64,000 nucleotides of DNA from Patescibacteria group bacterium (GCA_042568285.1 JBHPIX010000002.1:783-64782), one strand, 5' to 3'. Positions 1 through 10,084 are shown, numbered from the stretch's first letter. Notes: generated by a model from the sequence alone, not told the origin. Program-made: numbers and translations.

Positions 1-2
1 CA

Positions 3-545
3 ATGAGAATTGGATTAGCGGCGCTAAAATTTATGTTGCTAAAAGTAAGCCCAAATAAAAATATAATGTTTAATCCTGAAGAAGCTATTTCATTTGAGGG
101 CGACACAGGCCCTTATGTTATGTATTCTTATGTTAGAATTAAGAGCATATTAAGGAAAGCTGGAAAAGACGGTTTCATAGTCCCGACAGAGGAGGGCTGT
201 GAAACTGAGATTCAACATTTGAAAAATGGAACAAGCGCAAAAATATCTGATGAAGAAATGAAATTAGCAAAACTAATCTACGAATTTCCTGACATATTAT
301 CTAAATCAGTCATAGGAATAATAACAAAAAACAAAGCTACTGAAAATTCAGTTAATCCAGCCTTTCTTGCGAATTATCTATTAGAATTATCTGGCGCGTT
401 TAATCATTTTTATCATATACACAAAGTAATAGATGCTGAGACAAAAGAATTAAAACATACGCGATTAGCATTGATAAATTCTGTCGCCATTGTTCTAAAA
501 AAAGGAATGGAAATTTTGGGAATTGATATGGTAGAGGAAATGTAG
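3..545 (+). CDS. argS: Arginyl-tRNA synthetase, C-terminal part (5' end lies outside the window)
   Basis: The ORF is open to the window edge. It has ArgRS-like C-terminal anticodon-binding sequence (GPYVMYSYVRIKSILRKA ... HTRLALINSVAIVLKKGMEILGI) and stops at TAG 543-545. Confidence 0.8.
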   Translation: MRIGLAALKFMLLKVSPNKNIMFNPEEAISFEGDTGPYVMYSYVRIKSILRKAGKDGFIVPTEEGCETEIQHLKNGTSAKISDEEMKLAKLIYEFPDILSKSVIGIITKNKATENSVNPAFLANYLLELSGAFNHFYHIHKVIDAETKELKHTRLALINSVAIVLKKGMEILGIDMVEEM

Positions 546-730
546 ACTTCGTCACGCAGATAAATCACGGATTTGCTACGCGGATCAGTCGCGGAACCTA
601 TTTGTCGGTGACTGTCACCAAACAAATTAATTTTTAAATAAAAAGTCTAAAGTTTATCTTAATCTATCTTTCTCTTTTTAAAATTAGACATTAAATATTT
701 TTTTAAAATTTGAAATTTAAAATTAAACTT

Positions 731-2497
731 ATGTTACGAACACACACTTGCGGTGAATTAAATAAAAAAAATAAAGGCGAAAAAGTTATCTTATGCGGAT
801 GGGTTAATAGCAGAAGGGACCATGGCGGACTTATTTTTATTGATTTGAGAGATAAATATGGGATAACTCAAATTAATTTTGATCCAAAAAATTCAAAAAA
901 AGCTTGGACGATTGCTGATACAACAAGGAATGAATTTGTAATAAAAGTGACTGGAAAAACAGTTATGCGACCTGAGAATATGGTTAATAAAAAACTTGCT
1001 ACTGGCGAAATTGAAATTGAAGCTAAAGAGATTGAAATTTTGAGTGAAGCGGAAACTCCTCCTTTTGAAGTTCATGAAGAGAAGGGCAACGAAGTTAAGG
1101 AAGAATTGAGAATGAAATACCGCTACATTGATTTGAGAAAACAAAACATCAAAGAAGCGATAATTAAGCGCCATCAATTTGTTAAACTTATTCGCGACTA
1201 TCTATCAGATAAAGAATTTTTGGAAATTGAAACTCCAATTCTGGGAAAAAGCACTCCTGAGGGAGCGCGCGATTTTTTGGTTCCCTCTCGGTTGCATGAA
1301 GGGGAATTTTATGCTTTGCCTCAGTCCCCGCAGCAATACAAACAATTTTTGATGATCGGTGGCATGGATAAATATTTTCAGATTGCCCGATGTTTTAGAG
1401 ATGAAGACACCCGTGGAGATAGACAAGCTGAGTTTACTCAGTTGGATATGGAAATGTCTTTCATTGAACGTGATGATATTTTGGATTTAACAGAAGACAT
1501 GATAACAAAGGCGATTAAAAAATTGTTTCCAGAAAAAAAGCTACTATCATCTCCGTGGCCACGACTTGATTATGAAGATGTAATGTTAAAATATGGGACA
1601 GATAAACCAGATTTGCGGTTTGGGATGAAAATTAAAGATGTTACAGATTTAGTTAATGATTGCGGATTCAAAGTATTCTCTGATGTTGCGTCTAATCATA
1701 ATGTAGTGAGAGCAATCTGCGCTACTGGCGCCGCTAAGTTCAGTCGCTCCCAAATTGATGACTTGACCGAGCTAGTTAAAAAATCTGGCGCTAAAGGGCT
1801 GGCGTATATACTATTGAAAGAAGATGGAACGTTGCAGTCTCCAATTGTGAAATTTCTCGGCGAAAATCTTGCGCAAAAAATAGTGAAACGAGTTGAAGCT
1901 AAAGCAGGTGATATAATATTTTTTGGAGCTGACACCAAAAAAGTTGTATGTGAAAGTTTGGCAAGTTTGAGGAATGAATTAGGAAAACTTCTTATTAAAA
2001 TTAACCCTGATTTAATCGCCATGGCATTTGTGATAAATTTCCCATTATTTGAAGAAGGGTTGCAAGACGGACATTATGCGCCAAATCATCATATGTTTAC
2101 TTCTCCAAGAGATGAGGATATTAAATTATTAGAAACAGATCCTGCAAAAGCGAAATCTTATCAGTATGACATGATAGGCAATGGGTACGAATTAGGAGGC
2201 GGAAGCATAAGAATTCATAATGCGAAAATTCAAGAAAAAATATTTAATTTAATAGGATTTGATAATGCAAGAAAAAAATTATTCAGCCATTTTTTGAGAG
2301 CGTTCAAATTCGGCGTTCCTCCTCACGGAGGAATAGCGCCAGGCATTGATAGAATGTTAATGGTGTTCATGAACAAAAATAGCATTCGCGATGTAATGGC
2401 ATTTCCTAAAACTGGAGATGGCAGAGATCTTGTAATGGAAGCTCCTAGTGAAGTTGAAGCAAAACAACTAAAAGAACTTGGAATTAAAATTGTATAA
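731..2497 (+). CDS. aspS: Aspartyl-tRNA synthetase (bacterial type)
   Basis: Class II motifs are present: FRDEDTRGDRQAEFTQLDMEMSF, GGGSIRIH and GIAPGIDRMLM. The ORF track starts at TTG 710; ATG 731 (MLRTHTCGEL) is the more likely start. Confidence 0.93.
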   Translation: MLRTHTCGELNKKNKGEKVILCGWVNSRRDHGGLIFIDLRDKYGITQINFDPKNSKKAWTIADTTRNEFVIKVTGKTVMRPENMVNKKLATGEIEIEAKEIEILSEAETPPFEVHEEKGNEVKEELRMKYRYIDLRKQNIKEAIIKRHQFVKLIRDYLSDKEFLEIETPILGKSTPEGARDFLVPSRLHEGEFYALPQSPQQYKQFLMIGGMDKYFQIARCFRDEDTRGDRQAEFTQLDMEMSFIERDDILDLTEDMITKAIKKLFPEKKLLSSPWPRLDYEDVMLKYGTDKPDLRFGMKIKDVTDLVNDCGFKVFSDVASNHNVVRAICATGAAKFSRSQIDDLTELVKKSGAKGLAYILLKEDGTLQSPIVKFLGENLAQKIVKRVEAKAGDIIFFGADTKKVVCESLASLRNELGKLLIKINPDLIAMAFVINFPLFEEGLQDGHYAPNHHMFTSPRDEDIKLLETDPAKAKSYQYDMIGNGYELGGGSIRIHNAKIQEKIFNLIGFDNARKKLFSHFLRAFKFGVPPHGGIAPGIDRMLMVFMNKNSIRDVMAFPKTGDGRDLVMEAPSEVEAKQLKELGIKIV

Positions 2498-2520
2498 AAT
2501 AGCGATGAAACATATTTTTA

Positions 2521-2630
2521 TGTCATTCCGTGCTTGACGAAGTTATTATAACTGGATCCCGCTCGTCTCGCTTCGCAAGCCGAAGCGGACATCAAGTGCC
2601 GTGCCTACCGGCAGGCAGGCGGGATGACAT
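2521..2630. repeat. GC-rich palindromic element, composite copy (tgtcatYccg ... cgggatgaca termini)
   Basis: Its termini, tgtcattccgtgcttgac and gcgggatgaca, are inverted. The nested module gatcccgctcgtctcgcttcgcaagccgaagcggacatcaagtgc recurs at 27136-27176 (reverse orientation) and 61914-61955. Confidence 0.85.
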
Positions 2631-2686
2631 AAACACATAAATAACTCTGTTATAATTTTTTAAACATCATACTTGCCTATCTATAT

Positions 2687-5600
2687 ATGAAAAATAAATT
2701 TGTCCAGAACGAAGAAGATATATTAAAATTTTGGGAAAAAAATAAAACTTTTGAAAAATCAGTGCAAAAAAAAGCGCCAAAAGGCGATTATGTTTTTTAT
2801 GACGGGCCTCCTTTCGCGACAGGGCTTCCGCATTATGGACATATCGTTGCAAGTTTAATGAAAGATGTTGTTCCAAGGTATTGGACAATGAAAGGTTATA
2901 AAGTAGAAAGAAAATGGGGCTGGGACTGCCATGGATTGCCAGTTGAAAATATCGCTGAAAAAGAATTAAAAATAAAAAATAAAAAAGACATAGAAAAAAA
3001 TGGTGTCAAAAATTTCAATGAAGAATGCCGAGGTCTTGTGCTTAGATATGCTGATGAATGGAAAACAGTAATACAGAGAATTGGTAGATGGGTTGATATG
3101 GAAAATGATTATAAAACAATGGAAGCTGACTATATGGAATCAATCTGGTGGGTATTTAAATCATTATGGGATAAAAAATTGATCTATAAAGGTCATAATA
3201 GTATGCATATTTGTCCAAGATGCGGAACACCTCTATCCAATTTTGAGGTGAGTCAAAATTATCAGGACATAAAGGACTTATCTGTTATTGCTAAATTTGA
3301 ATTAGAAGACGAACCAGAAACATACATTTTAGCATGGACAACTACACCATGGACATTGCCGGGTAATGTTGCTTTAGCTATGGGCGCTAAAATTGATTAT
3401 GTAAAAATTAAAAATTTGAAGGATAATAAGCATTATATCTTAGCAAATGCAAATTTAGAACAATTATTCGCTACTGACGAATATAAGGTAGAACAAATAC
3501 TGCATGCGGAAGATTTGACAGGCAAAAAATATAAGCCTCTGTTTGATTATTTTATAAAAACAGATTTAGAAAATAAAGAAAATTTATATACAATTCAAAC
3601 TGCTAATTTTGTAATGGTTGGAGAAGGGACAGGAATAGTTCATATTGCTCCAGCATTTGGAGAAGATGATATGAATATAGGCAAAGAAAAAAAATTGCCT
3701 ATGATTCAACATGTTTCTCCAAATGGTAAATTTACGGATGATATAAAAGAATGGGCAAATGAAACTGTAAAACCAAAAGAAGATACACAAGCGACAGATA
3801 AAAAAATAGTTGATTATTTGGATAAAAAAGGATTAATTTTTAAATCAGAAGAATTTGAACATAGCTATCCATTATGCTGGCGATGCGATACGCCTCTTTT
3901 AAATTATGCCACTGACTCCTGGTTTGTAAAAGTTGCAGAAATAAAAGATAAAATGATAGCTAATAATGAAAAAATGAATTGGATGCCTAAACATATCAAA
4001 TATGGTCGATTTGGCAAATGGCTTGAGAATGCTAGAGATTGGGCTATTTCCCGCGAAAGATATTGGGGCGCTCCATTGCCAGTTTGGGAATGCGATAAAT
4101 GCGAAGAGACAGAAGTTATTGGAGATATAAAAACTTTGGAAGATAAAGCTCTTAAAAATGGAAAAGTTTATTTTATAAGACATGGAGAAGCTGACAATAA
4201 TGTAAATCAAACTTTAAATTCTAAAACAGATGATGACATTAACATAACAGAAAAAGGCATTGAAGAAATTAAAAAATCCGCGAATGAATTGAAAGATAAA
4301 AAAATAGATATTATAATTTCTTCCGACATTAATAGATCTGTTCAAAGCGCTGAAATTTTATCAAAAGAATTAGGATTAGAAATACAGTATGATAAAAGAT
4401 TACGGGAAGTAAATATAGGAGATTGGAATGGAGATTTAATGGAAGATCATAAAGATTTTATAAATAAATGGCGAGCTGGCGAATTAGTAACTTACCCTAA
4501 TGGAGAAAATTGGCTTGACGCAAAAAAAAGAATCAAATTATTCTATAATGATTTATTAAGGGACTATGGAAATAAAAATATTTTATTAGTTAGTCATGGC
4601 GATTTAAGCGTCGCTTTTGAAAGTATTTTAAAATCTAAAAATTTCCTGCAAAGCATTAAAGAAAAATTTAGTTCTTGCAAAAAACTTTCAGAAAATAACC
4701 ATAAAAATGCGGAAATAAAAATTTATGATCATAAAATTATAGATTTGCATAAACATAATATAGATTCTCTAAAATGGAAATGCGATAAATGCGATGGCGA
4801 AATGAAAAGAATTGATTCTGTTGTTGATTGCTGGTTTGAGTCAGGTTCTATGCCATACGCGCAAAATCATTATCCTTATGAAAATAAAGAAAAATTTGAA
4901 CAAAATTTTCCAGCGCAGTTTATAGCGGAAGGAATTGATCAGACAAGAGGATGGTTTTATACTCTGCTTGTTCTATCCAGCGCGCTATTTGACAAGCCGC
5001 CTGCGCTAAATGTAATTGTGAATGGAATTGTTTTAGCTGAAGATGGGCAAAAGATGGCAAAATCAAAAAAGAATTATCCTGATCCGATGAAAATTATTGA
5101 TGAATATGGAGTTGATCCATTAAGGCATTATTTATTATCATCTCCTGTTATGTCTGCCGAAGGATTAAATTTTTCAGAAAAAGGAGTTAAAGAATCTCTG
5201 CAAAAAACAGTAATGCTTATTAGTAATATCTTATCATTCTATAAAATGTATGAAGAAAAAACATCAGTAAATGAAAAAATTGATAGTTCTAATGTTCTTG
5301 ATAAATGGATAATAGCTATGCTTAATAAGCTAAATGCTACTGTTGAAAAATCTATGGATAATTATAATCTTCAAGAAGCATCGCGACCGATTGAAAAATT
5401 CATAAACGACTTTTCAACATGGTATTTGCGCCGTTCTAGAGATAGGTTTAAAGGTGATGATGAGAAAGATAAAGAATGCGCATTGCAAACAACCAAATAT
5501 GTATTAATTGAGTTGTCAAAAATAATAGCTCCTTTTATGCCGTTTATCTCTGAACAGGTTTGGCAGGAGACCACTGGTTATAATTTTAAGAATCCGGATA

Positions 5601-6124
5601 AAAGCGTGCATTTGGAGGAGTGGGCAAAGGCAGGTGAGATTGATAAAAATATTTTAGAAAAAATGGCATTAGTCCGCCAAATCGCGGAACAAGGATTATC
5701 AGCTCGCGCAGAGGCTGGTATAAAAGTTAGACAGCCACTTCAAGCATATTGCACTTCCCTAACAGATTCTCTTGAACCTGCATATATATCAATGCTTCAA
5801 GAAGAATTAAATGTTTTAGAAATAAAATTTGGCGAGGATAAATTATCTCTCAAATTAACTCCCGAATTAATTAGAGAGGGAATGGCGAGAGAATTAATTC
5901 GTCAGATAAATAACTTGCGAAAAAATCAAGGGTTAACTATAAACGACCGCGTAAAAATATATTATCAAACAAATTCTGAGGACATAAAAAATACACTTTC
6001 AAAATTAGGAGAACAAATTAAAAAAGATACTTTAGCGGATGAACTTATTTTTGGCGATGTTTTAGATGGGAAAGAGGTTAAAATTAATGGTGAGGTTGTT
6101 AGGATTGGGATAGAGAGGATATAA
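2687..6124 (+). CDS. ileS: Isoleucyl-tRNA synthetase with an inserted histidine-phosphatase-like domain
   Basis: It has a HIGH-type motif (PHYGHIVAS), a KMSKS-type motif (KMAKSKKN), WAISRERYWGAPLPVW and VVDCWFESGSMPYAQ. It is a single uninterrupted 1145-codon ORF. Confidence 0.93.
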   Translation: MKNKFVQNEEDILKFWEKNKTFEKSVQKKAPKGDYVFYDGPPFATGLPHYGHIVASLMKDVVPRYWTMKGYKVERKWGWDCHGLPVENIAEKELKIKNKKDIEKNGVKNFNEECRGLVLRYADEWKTVIQRIGRWVDMENDYKTMEADYMESIWWVFKSLWDKKLIYKGHNSMHICPRCGTPLSNFEVSQNYQDIKDLSVIAKFELEDEPETYILAWTTTPWTLPGNVALAMGAKIDYVKIKNLKDNKHYILANANLEQLFATDEYKVEQILHAEDLTGKKYKPLFDYFIKTDLENKENLYTIQTANFVMVGEGTGIVHIAPAFGEDDMNIGKEKKLPMIQHVSPNGKFTDDIKEWANETVKPKEDTQATDKKIVDYLDKKGLIFKSEEFEHSYPLCWRCDTPLLNYATDSWFVKVAEIKDKMIANNEKMNWMPKHIKYGRFGKWLENARDWAISRERYWGAPLPVWECDKCEETEVIGDIKTLEDKALKNGKVYFIRHGEADNNVNQTLNSKTDDDINITEKGIEEIKKSANELKDKKIDIIISSDINRSVQSAEILSKELGLEIQYDKRLREVNIGDWNGDLMEDHKDFINKWRAGELVTYPNGENWLDAKKRIKLFYNDLLRDYGNKNILLVSHGDLSVAFESILKSKNFLQSIKEKFSSCKKLSENNHKNAEIKIYDHKIIDLHKHNIDSLKWKCDKCDGEMKRIDSVVDCWFESGSMPYAQNHYPYENKEKFEQNFPAQFIAEGIDQTRGWFYTLLVLSSALFDKPPALNVIVNGIVLAEDGQKMAKSKKNYPDPMKIIDEYGVDPLRHYLLSSPVMSAEGLNFSEKGVKESLQKTVMLISNILSFYKMYEEKTSVNEKIDSSNVLDKWIIAMLNKLNATVEKSMDNYNLQEASRPIEKFINDFSTWYLRRSRDRFKGDDEKDKECALQTTKYVLIELSKIIAPFMPFISEQVWQETTGYNFKNPDKSVHLEEWAKAGEIDKNILEKMALVRQIAEQGLSARAEAGIKVRQPLQAYCTSLTDSLEPAYISMLQEELNVLEIKFGEDKLSLKLTPELIREGMARELIRQINNLRKNQGLTINDRVKIYYQTNSEDIKNTLSKLGEQIKKDTLADELIFGDVLDGKEVKINGEVVRIGIERI
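4105..4779 (+). other. Histidine phosphatase (PGAM/RHG superfamily)-like domain nested inside IleRS
   Basis: The segment reads VYFIRHGEADNN (RHG at 4178-4186) ... SSDINRSVQSAE ... LREVNIGDWNG ... LLVSHGD (SHG at 4592-4600). It lies between the two CDKC knuckles at 4091-4102 and 4781-4792. Confidence 0.7.
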
Positions 6125-6411
6125 ATAATAATTTTAAATGACAAATTTTAAATTTTAAAAAAATATCAAATTTTAAATGACTAAATGTTAAAATGCTATT
6201 ACTTTTTTAAAAATATCTTTATTCAAAACTATAATATTATTATTGTTTTATTGACTAACATATTACGAAATATGCCAAGTTTTAAAAATTTGTCATTTGT
6301 TATTTAAAATTGTTTTAAAATTTGAAATTTAAAATTTAAAATTATAAACTTTATTAAAATCACATACGCAGATTATTATAATAGGTAACCATATATCGCG
6401 TATGAGCCAAT

Positions 6412-7332
6412 TTACTCCCGATAATATTTTGCCGCGTCTTCTGGCGAGACTGGATTGATAACTAAGCCAGACCCGATTTCCACACCAGCCCAAACACTGC
6501 CACGGGGTGTTACTTTCATATACAAATGCTGATCCTCGTCGTTAATCACTTGATGGAAATAATAATTATAAGGTAAGCCCAAAGCGCTTATTTTTTTTAA
6601 GACTTTTTTTAAAATTTTAGCAAAAGATCCTCTTTCTTTATCTGTTAAACATGTAATATTATCTATATGCCTTATTGGCATAATCCAAATTTCATAATTA
6701 TGTATTGACGCGTAAGGAGTAAAGGCAACTACATTTTTATCTTTATAAACTAATCTTGGGCCTTTAGATTCTTTTTCTATAACATCGCAATAGACGCATG
6801 TTCCATGTCTTAACTTATATTCCTGCACCCTCTGACTCTTATCAATTAAATGCGGTGGCAAAAAAGAAGTCGCGAAAATTTGCGAATGGGAATGTATAAT
6901 AGAGGCTCCTGCTTTTCCTCCATTATTTTTAAAAATTAAAATATATTCTATTTCCTTGTCTTTTGAAATTGACTTTGTTCTTAAAGCGTAAACTTTTATC
7001 AATTCAGAAATATGATTTTCTGGCAAATCATCCAATTCCTTAAAATGATCTGGGGTTTCAATAATAACTTCCTGTGTTCCATAAGCTTTTGGATTATCCA
7101 AGCTTACAGCTGGAAAAATATTTTTTATTACCTTTACTCTCCAATCCTTTTTTGTTCCGACAGTCAATAAATCTTTAACTTTATTTACCTGCGCAGGACA
7201 AAAAACACAACTTTCACCTCGTGATGTATCTCCAATTTGAGGTTTTTCAATTTGATGAGGTCGCTTACCCCTAACAGGAGCTATAATAACATATTTTTCT
7301 TGGATATAATCTTTTCTTATTTCAGGTTTCAT
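6412..7332 (-). CDS. GalT/HIT-superfamily nucleotidyltransferase (galactose-1-phosphate uridylyltransferase or ADP-glucose phosphorylase-like)
   Basis: It has an N-terminal CVFCP zinc motif and the HSHSQ (HxHxQ) active-site motif. It is adjacent to glgA on the same strand. Confidence 0.7.
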   Translation of the reverse strand: MKPEIRKDYIQEKYVIIAPVRGKRPHQIEKPQIGDTSRGESCVFCPAQVNKVKDLLTVGTKKDWRVKVIKNIFPAVSLDNPKAYGTQEVIIETPDHFKELDDLPENHISELIKVYALRTKSISKDKEIEYILIFKNNGGKAGASIIHSHSQIFATSFLPPHLIDKSQRVQEYKLRHGTCVYCDVIEKESKGPRLVYKDKNVVAFTPYASIHNYEIWIMPIRHIDNITCLTDKERGSFAKILKKVLKKISALGLPYNYYFHQVINDEDQHLYMKVTPRGSVWAGVEIGSGLVINPVSPEDAAKYYRE

Positions 7333-7339
7333 ATATATT

Positions 7340-9010
7340 TTATTTAATTAGCTTTTTATAAATTTTTAAATATTCTTTAGCAGAACGCCCCCATGAAGAA
7401 TCCCTCTTCATTCCATTTAACATTATTTTTTCCCACATTTTTTTATTCTGATAAACCTCTAAAGCATAATCTATTATTTTTAGCATAGCATTGGTAAAAT
7501 ATCTCTCAAAAACAAATCCATTCGCAGACTTTATAGACTTTACGACTTTATGGACTTTCAACTCGTTCACCGTATCAGCAAGCCCGCCTGTCTTTCTAAC
7601 AATTGGGACTGTCCCGTATCTCATTGCAGTAAGTTGACCAAGTCCGCACGGTTCAAATTTTGATGGCATTAAAAATATATCTGATCCAGCATAAATTCGC
7701 TGGGCTATTTTTAAATCAAATTTAATAAGCGGTTTAAAATTATATGGATACTTTTTTCCTAACTCTTTTAGTTTTGTTTCATATTCAGGATTTCCTGTTC
7801 CTAAAAGAATAAAAAACAAATTCGGATATTTCTTAAACATTTGAGGAATTGCGTCAATCACTAAATCAATACCCTTTTGAGACGCGAGGCGGGATATTAG
7901 TCCAATTAGCGGCTGCGACACGGTGGCTCCAAAATATTCCTTCAGTAAATCCTCTTTATTCTTCCTCTTTCCATCCAAATCTTTCACTGAATAATTATAT
8001 TTTATAAAGGAATCCGTCTCTGGATTAAACTTATCAACATCTATACCATTTATTATACCATAAAGATCATTTTTTCTCATTTTTAAAATATTGTCTAACC
8101 CTTCTCCACATTGTTTTGTTAAAATTTCTTTAGCGTAAGTAGGACTTACTGTTGTTATAACTTCTGATGATAAAATCCCCTGCGCCATTTTATTTATATC
8201 ACCATCACGAGAATCTGCCTCCAAATGTTTACTGCTATTTAATAAAATGTTCAAAGATTTTAATTTTTTCGTGGAAAATTGTCCCTGAAACTGCAAATTA
8301 TGAATAGTTAAAACTGTTTTTATATTTAATCCTTCATTTTTTAATAAAGCTGATATAAAGGCTGTATGATTATCATTACAATGAATTATGTCAGGTCTAA
8401 CGAACGCAAATCCGCCAGCATTGCCTCTCTTAAATACAGCTTGACTGGAATCAACACGAAAATTATCAGCGATTATTTCCGCTACTGCTTTTGAAAAAAA
8501 CAAAAATTTAACTGGCGGATGATAAATATCTTTACCCCCAAAATATTTTTTATTATCTATGAAATAGATCGGGACTGAATTACAATCATGGGCTTGATTT
8601 CCTTGTGTCATCCCGCGCTTGACGCGGGATCTACTTCTGGATTCCGTATCAAGCACGGAATGACATAAAGAACTATTTTTACTATTTTCATCCGTCCTTA
8701 CAGAAGCTACAATGTCAGCCTTATAAACATTAATCTTTTCATTCTTCCCATCAAATTCAACTGTAAAATTTTCTACAACATTCTCTAATAAATATTTTTT
8801 TTCATTACATTCAATTGCCGTTAATTTTTTGTTTTTAAATATTTTTTTTATATTGCCATACAAAGGCATCATAACACTAATATCAACACCCAGATTCGCC
8901 AAAGCTGGTGGCAAAGCTCCTGCAACATCAGCAAGCCCGCCCACTTTAGCAAATGGAGCCACTTCAGCTGATATGAAAAAAACTTTTGGGTTTTTTGTCT
9001 TTTTTATCAT
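7340..9010 (-). CDS. glgA: Glycogen/starch synthase (GT5) carrying an in-frame repeat insertion
   Basis: The N-terminus has the KxGGL motif (AEVAPFAKVGGLADVAGALP). C-terminal GT-B motifs are present (PSKFEPCGLGQLTAMRYGTVPIV, TGGLADTV). Confidence 0.85.
   Translation of the reverse strand: MIKKTKNPKVFFISAEVAPFAKVGGLADVAGALPPALANLGVDISVMMPLYGNIKKIFKNKKLTAIECNEKKYLLENVVENFTVEFDGKNEKINVYKADIVASVRTDENSKNSSLCHSVLDTESRSRSRVKRGMTQGNQAHDCNSVPIYFIDNKKYFGGKDIYHPPVKFLFFSKAVAEIIADNFRVDSSQAVFKRGNAGGFAFVRPDIIHCNDNHTAFISALLKNEGLNIKTVLTIHNLQFQGQFSTKKLKSLNILLNSSKHLEADSRDGDINKMAQGILSSEVITTVSPTYAKEILTKQCGEGLDNILKMRKNDLYGIINGIDVDKFNPETDSFIKYNYSVKDLDGKRKNKEDLLKEYFGATVSQPLIGLISRLASQKGIDLVIDAIPQMFKKYPNLFFILLGTGNPEYETKLKELGKKYPYNFKPLIKFDLKIAQRIYAGSDIFLMPSKFEPCGLGQLTAMRYGTVPIVRKTGGLADTVNELKVHKVVKSIKSANGFVFERYFTNAMLKIIDYALEVYQNKKMWEKIMLNGMKRDSSWGRSAKEYLKIYKKLIK
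8606..8665. repeat. 60-bp double-hairpin palindromic element inside the glgA ORF, in frame
   Basis: The sequence is tgtcatcccgcgcttgacgcgggatc-tacttctg-gattccgtatcaagcacggaatgaca. It has the same architecture and length as the intergenic copy at 13567-13626 and encodes CHSVLDTESRSRSRVKRGMT in GlgA. Confidence 0.85.
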
Positions 9011-9313
9011 AATTCATCAGTTACTTAGTTAATTAGTTAATTAGTTCCTTGTTTACTTAGCCTGATCAACTAAGTAACTAATCTCACTATTATTATACTT
9101 CAAATCCAGCCTAACTTCAAGCGCAAATTTGACTTAACTAAAAAAATGCGATAACATCGTAGAATAGGGGGAGAATGTATATCGCACATTTTTTGTTCAT
9201 TTACAACTAAATATTAACTCGCTCAGATTGGGCAGAAAGGAGATCAAATAGATATAAAACCTAATATAACCTAATTTTTTAATACCAAATAATCTTTTAT
9301 AAGGAGTAAAAAA

Positions 9314-10084
9314 ATGTTACCAAATTTTAAAAATGTTTTAGATAGAGTAGTATTTGCAATGGATCCAAAATCTCCGACCACACCATTGACCACAGAGGAA
9401 ATAACTAACTATGCAAAAATTTTAGGCGGTAAAGTCGGAACTTTTAAAATGAATTCTGTCTTTTATGGCAAAAATAGAGATTTTGCATTAAAAACAATTA
9501 TTGATTCAGGATCTAGTCTTTGGATAGATTGTAAGGTTCATGATATACCAGAGACAGTTCTTGCTGAATGTGTTGAGATGGTGGAATTAGTAAATAATCT
9601 TGATGGGGATCTTCGTTTTATTACTGTACATACAAGCGGCACTGGGGAAATGTTAAAATATGCGGTAGATGGTCTTGATGAAAAATATGGAGAGGCAAGA
9701 CCTCTGATTTTAGGAATAACAATTCTTACCAGTATTGGACAAGATGCCTTTAATAAAGAGTTATGTATTTTCGGCTCAATTCAAGAACATGTTGTCCATT
9801 TAGCTAAAATAGCGCAGAACGTTGGAGCAGACGGAATAGTGTGTTCGCCTAAAGAAGCTTTGGCTGTTAACAAAGTTACTAGACAGGATTTGTTGCGAGT
9901 TACTCCTGGTATCCGTTTTTCTGATCAAAGCAAAGATCACCAAAAAAGAGTTACCACACCCGCTGATGCGATAAAAGTAGCTGACATGCTTGTTATGGGT
10001 TCGGCTTTAAAAAAAGGCAATCCTGCAGAAAACATTGCGCGAGTTAAAAAAGAAATTGAAATTGGTTTACAAGATCAAACTTAA
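9314..10084 (+). CDS. pyrF: Orotidine 5'-phosphate decarboxylase
   Basis: It has the DCKVHDIPETV motif (D-x-K-x-x-D-I-P) and PGIR near the C-terminus. An AAGGAG RBS lies upstream. Confidence 0.85.
   Translation: MLPNFKNVLDRVVFAMDPKSPTTPLTTEEITNYAKILGGKVGTFKMNSVFYGKNRDFALKTIIDSGSSLWIDCKVHDIPETVLAECVEMVELVNNLDGDLRFITVHTSGTGEMLKYAVDGLDEKYGEARPLILGITILTSIGQDAFNKELCIFGSIQEHVVHLAKIAQNVGADGIVCSPKEALAVNKVTRQDLLRVTPGIRFSDQSKDHQKRVTTPADAIKVADMLVMGSALKKGNPAENIARVKKEIEIGLQDQT

Noticed and set aside
545-630. GC-rich patch after argS (…cgcggatcagtcgcgg…, ggtgac-t-gtcacc palindrome) as a terminator
   Set aside because: The palindrome has a 1-nt loop and no T-run. The patch shares words (cgcggat) with the dispersed repeat repertoire, so it is more likely another repeat fragment than a dedicated terminator.
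9129-9195. Terminator-like hairpin (tgcgata…tatcgca plus T-run) in the pyrF leader as a pyrimidine attenuator
   Set aside because: A plausible promoter (TTGACT-17-TAACAT at 9129-9157) would start transcription inside the hairpin, so the full stem would not be transcribed. No PyrR-box-like sequence was seen. The evidence is too weak to call.
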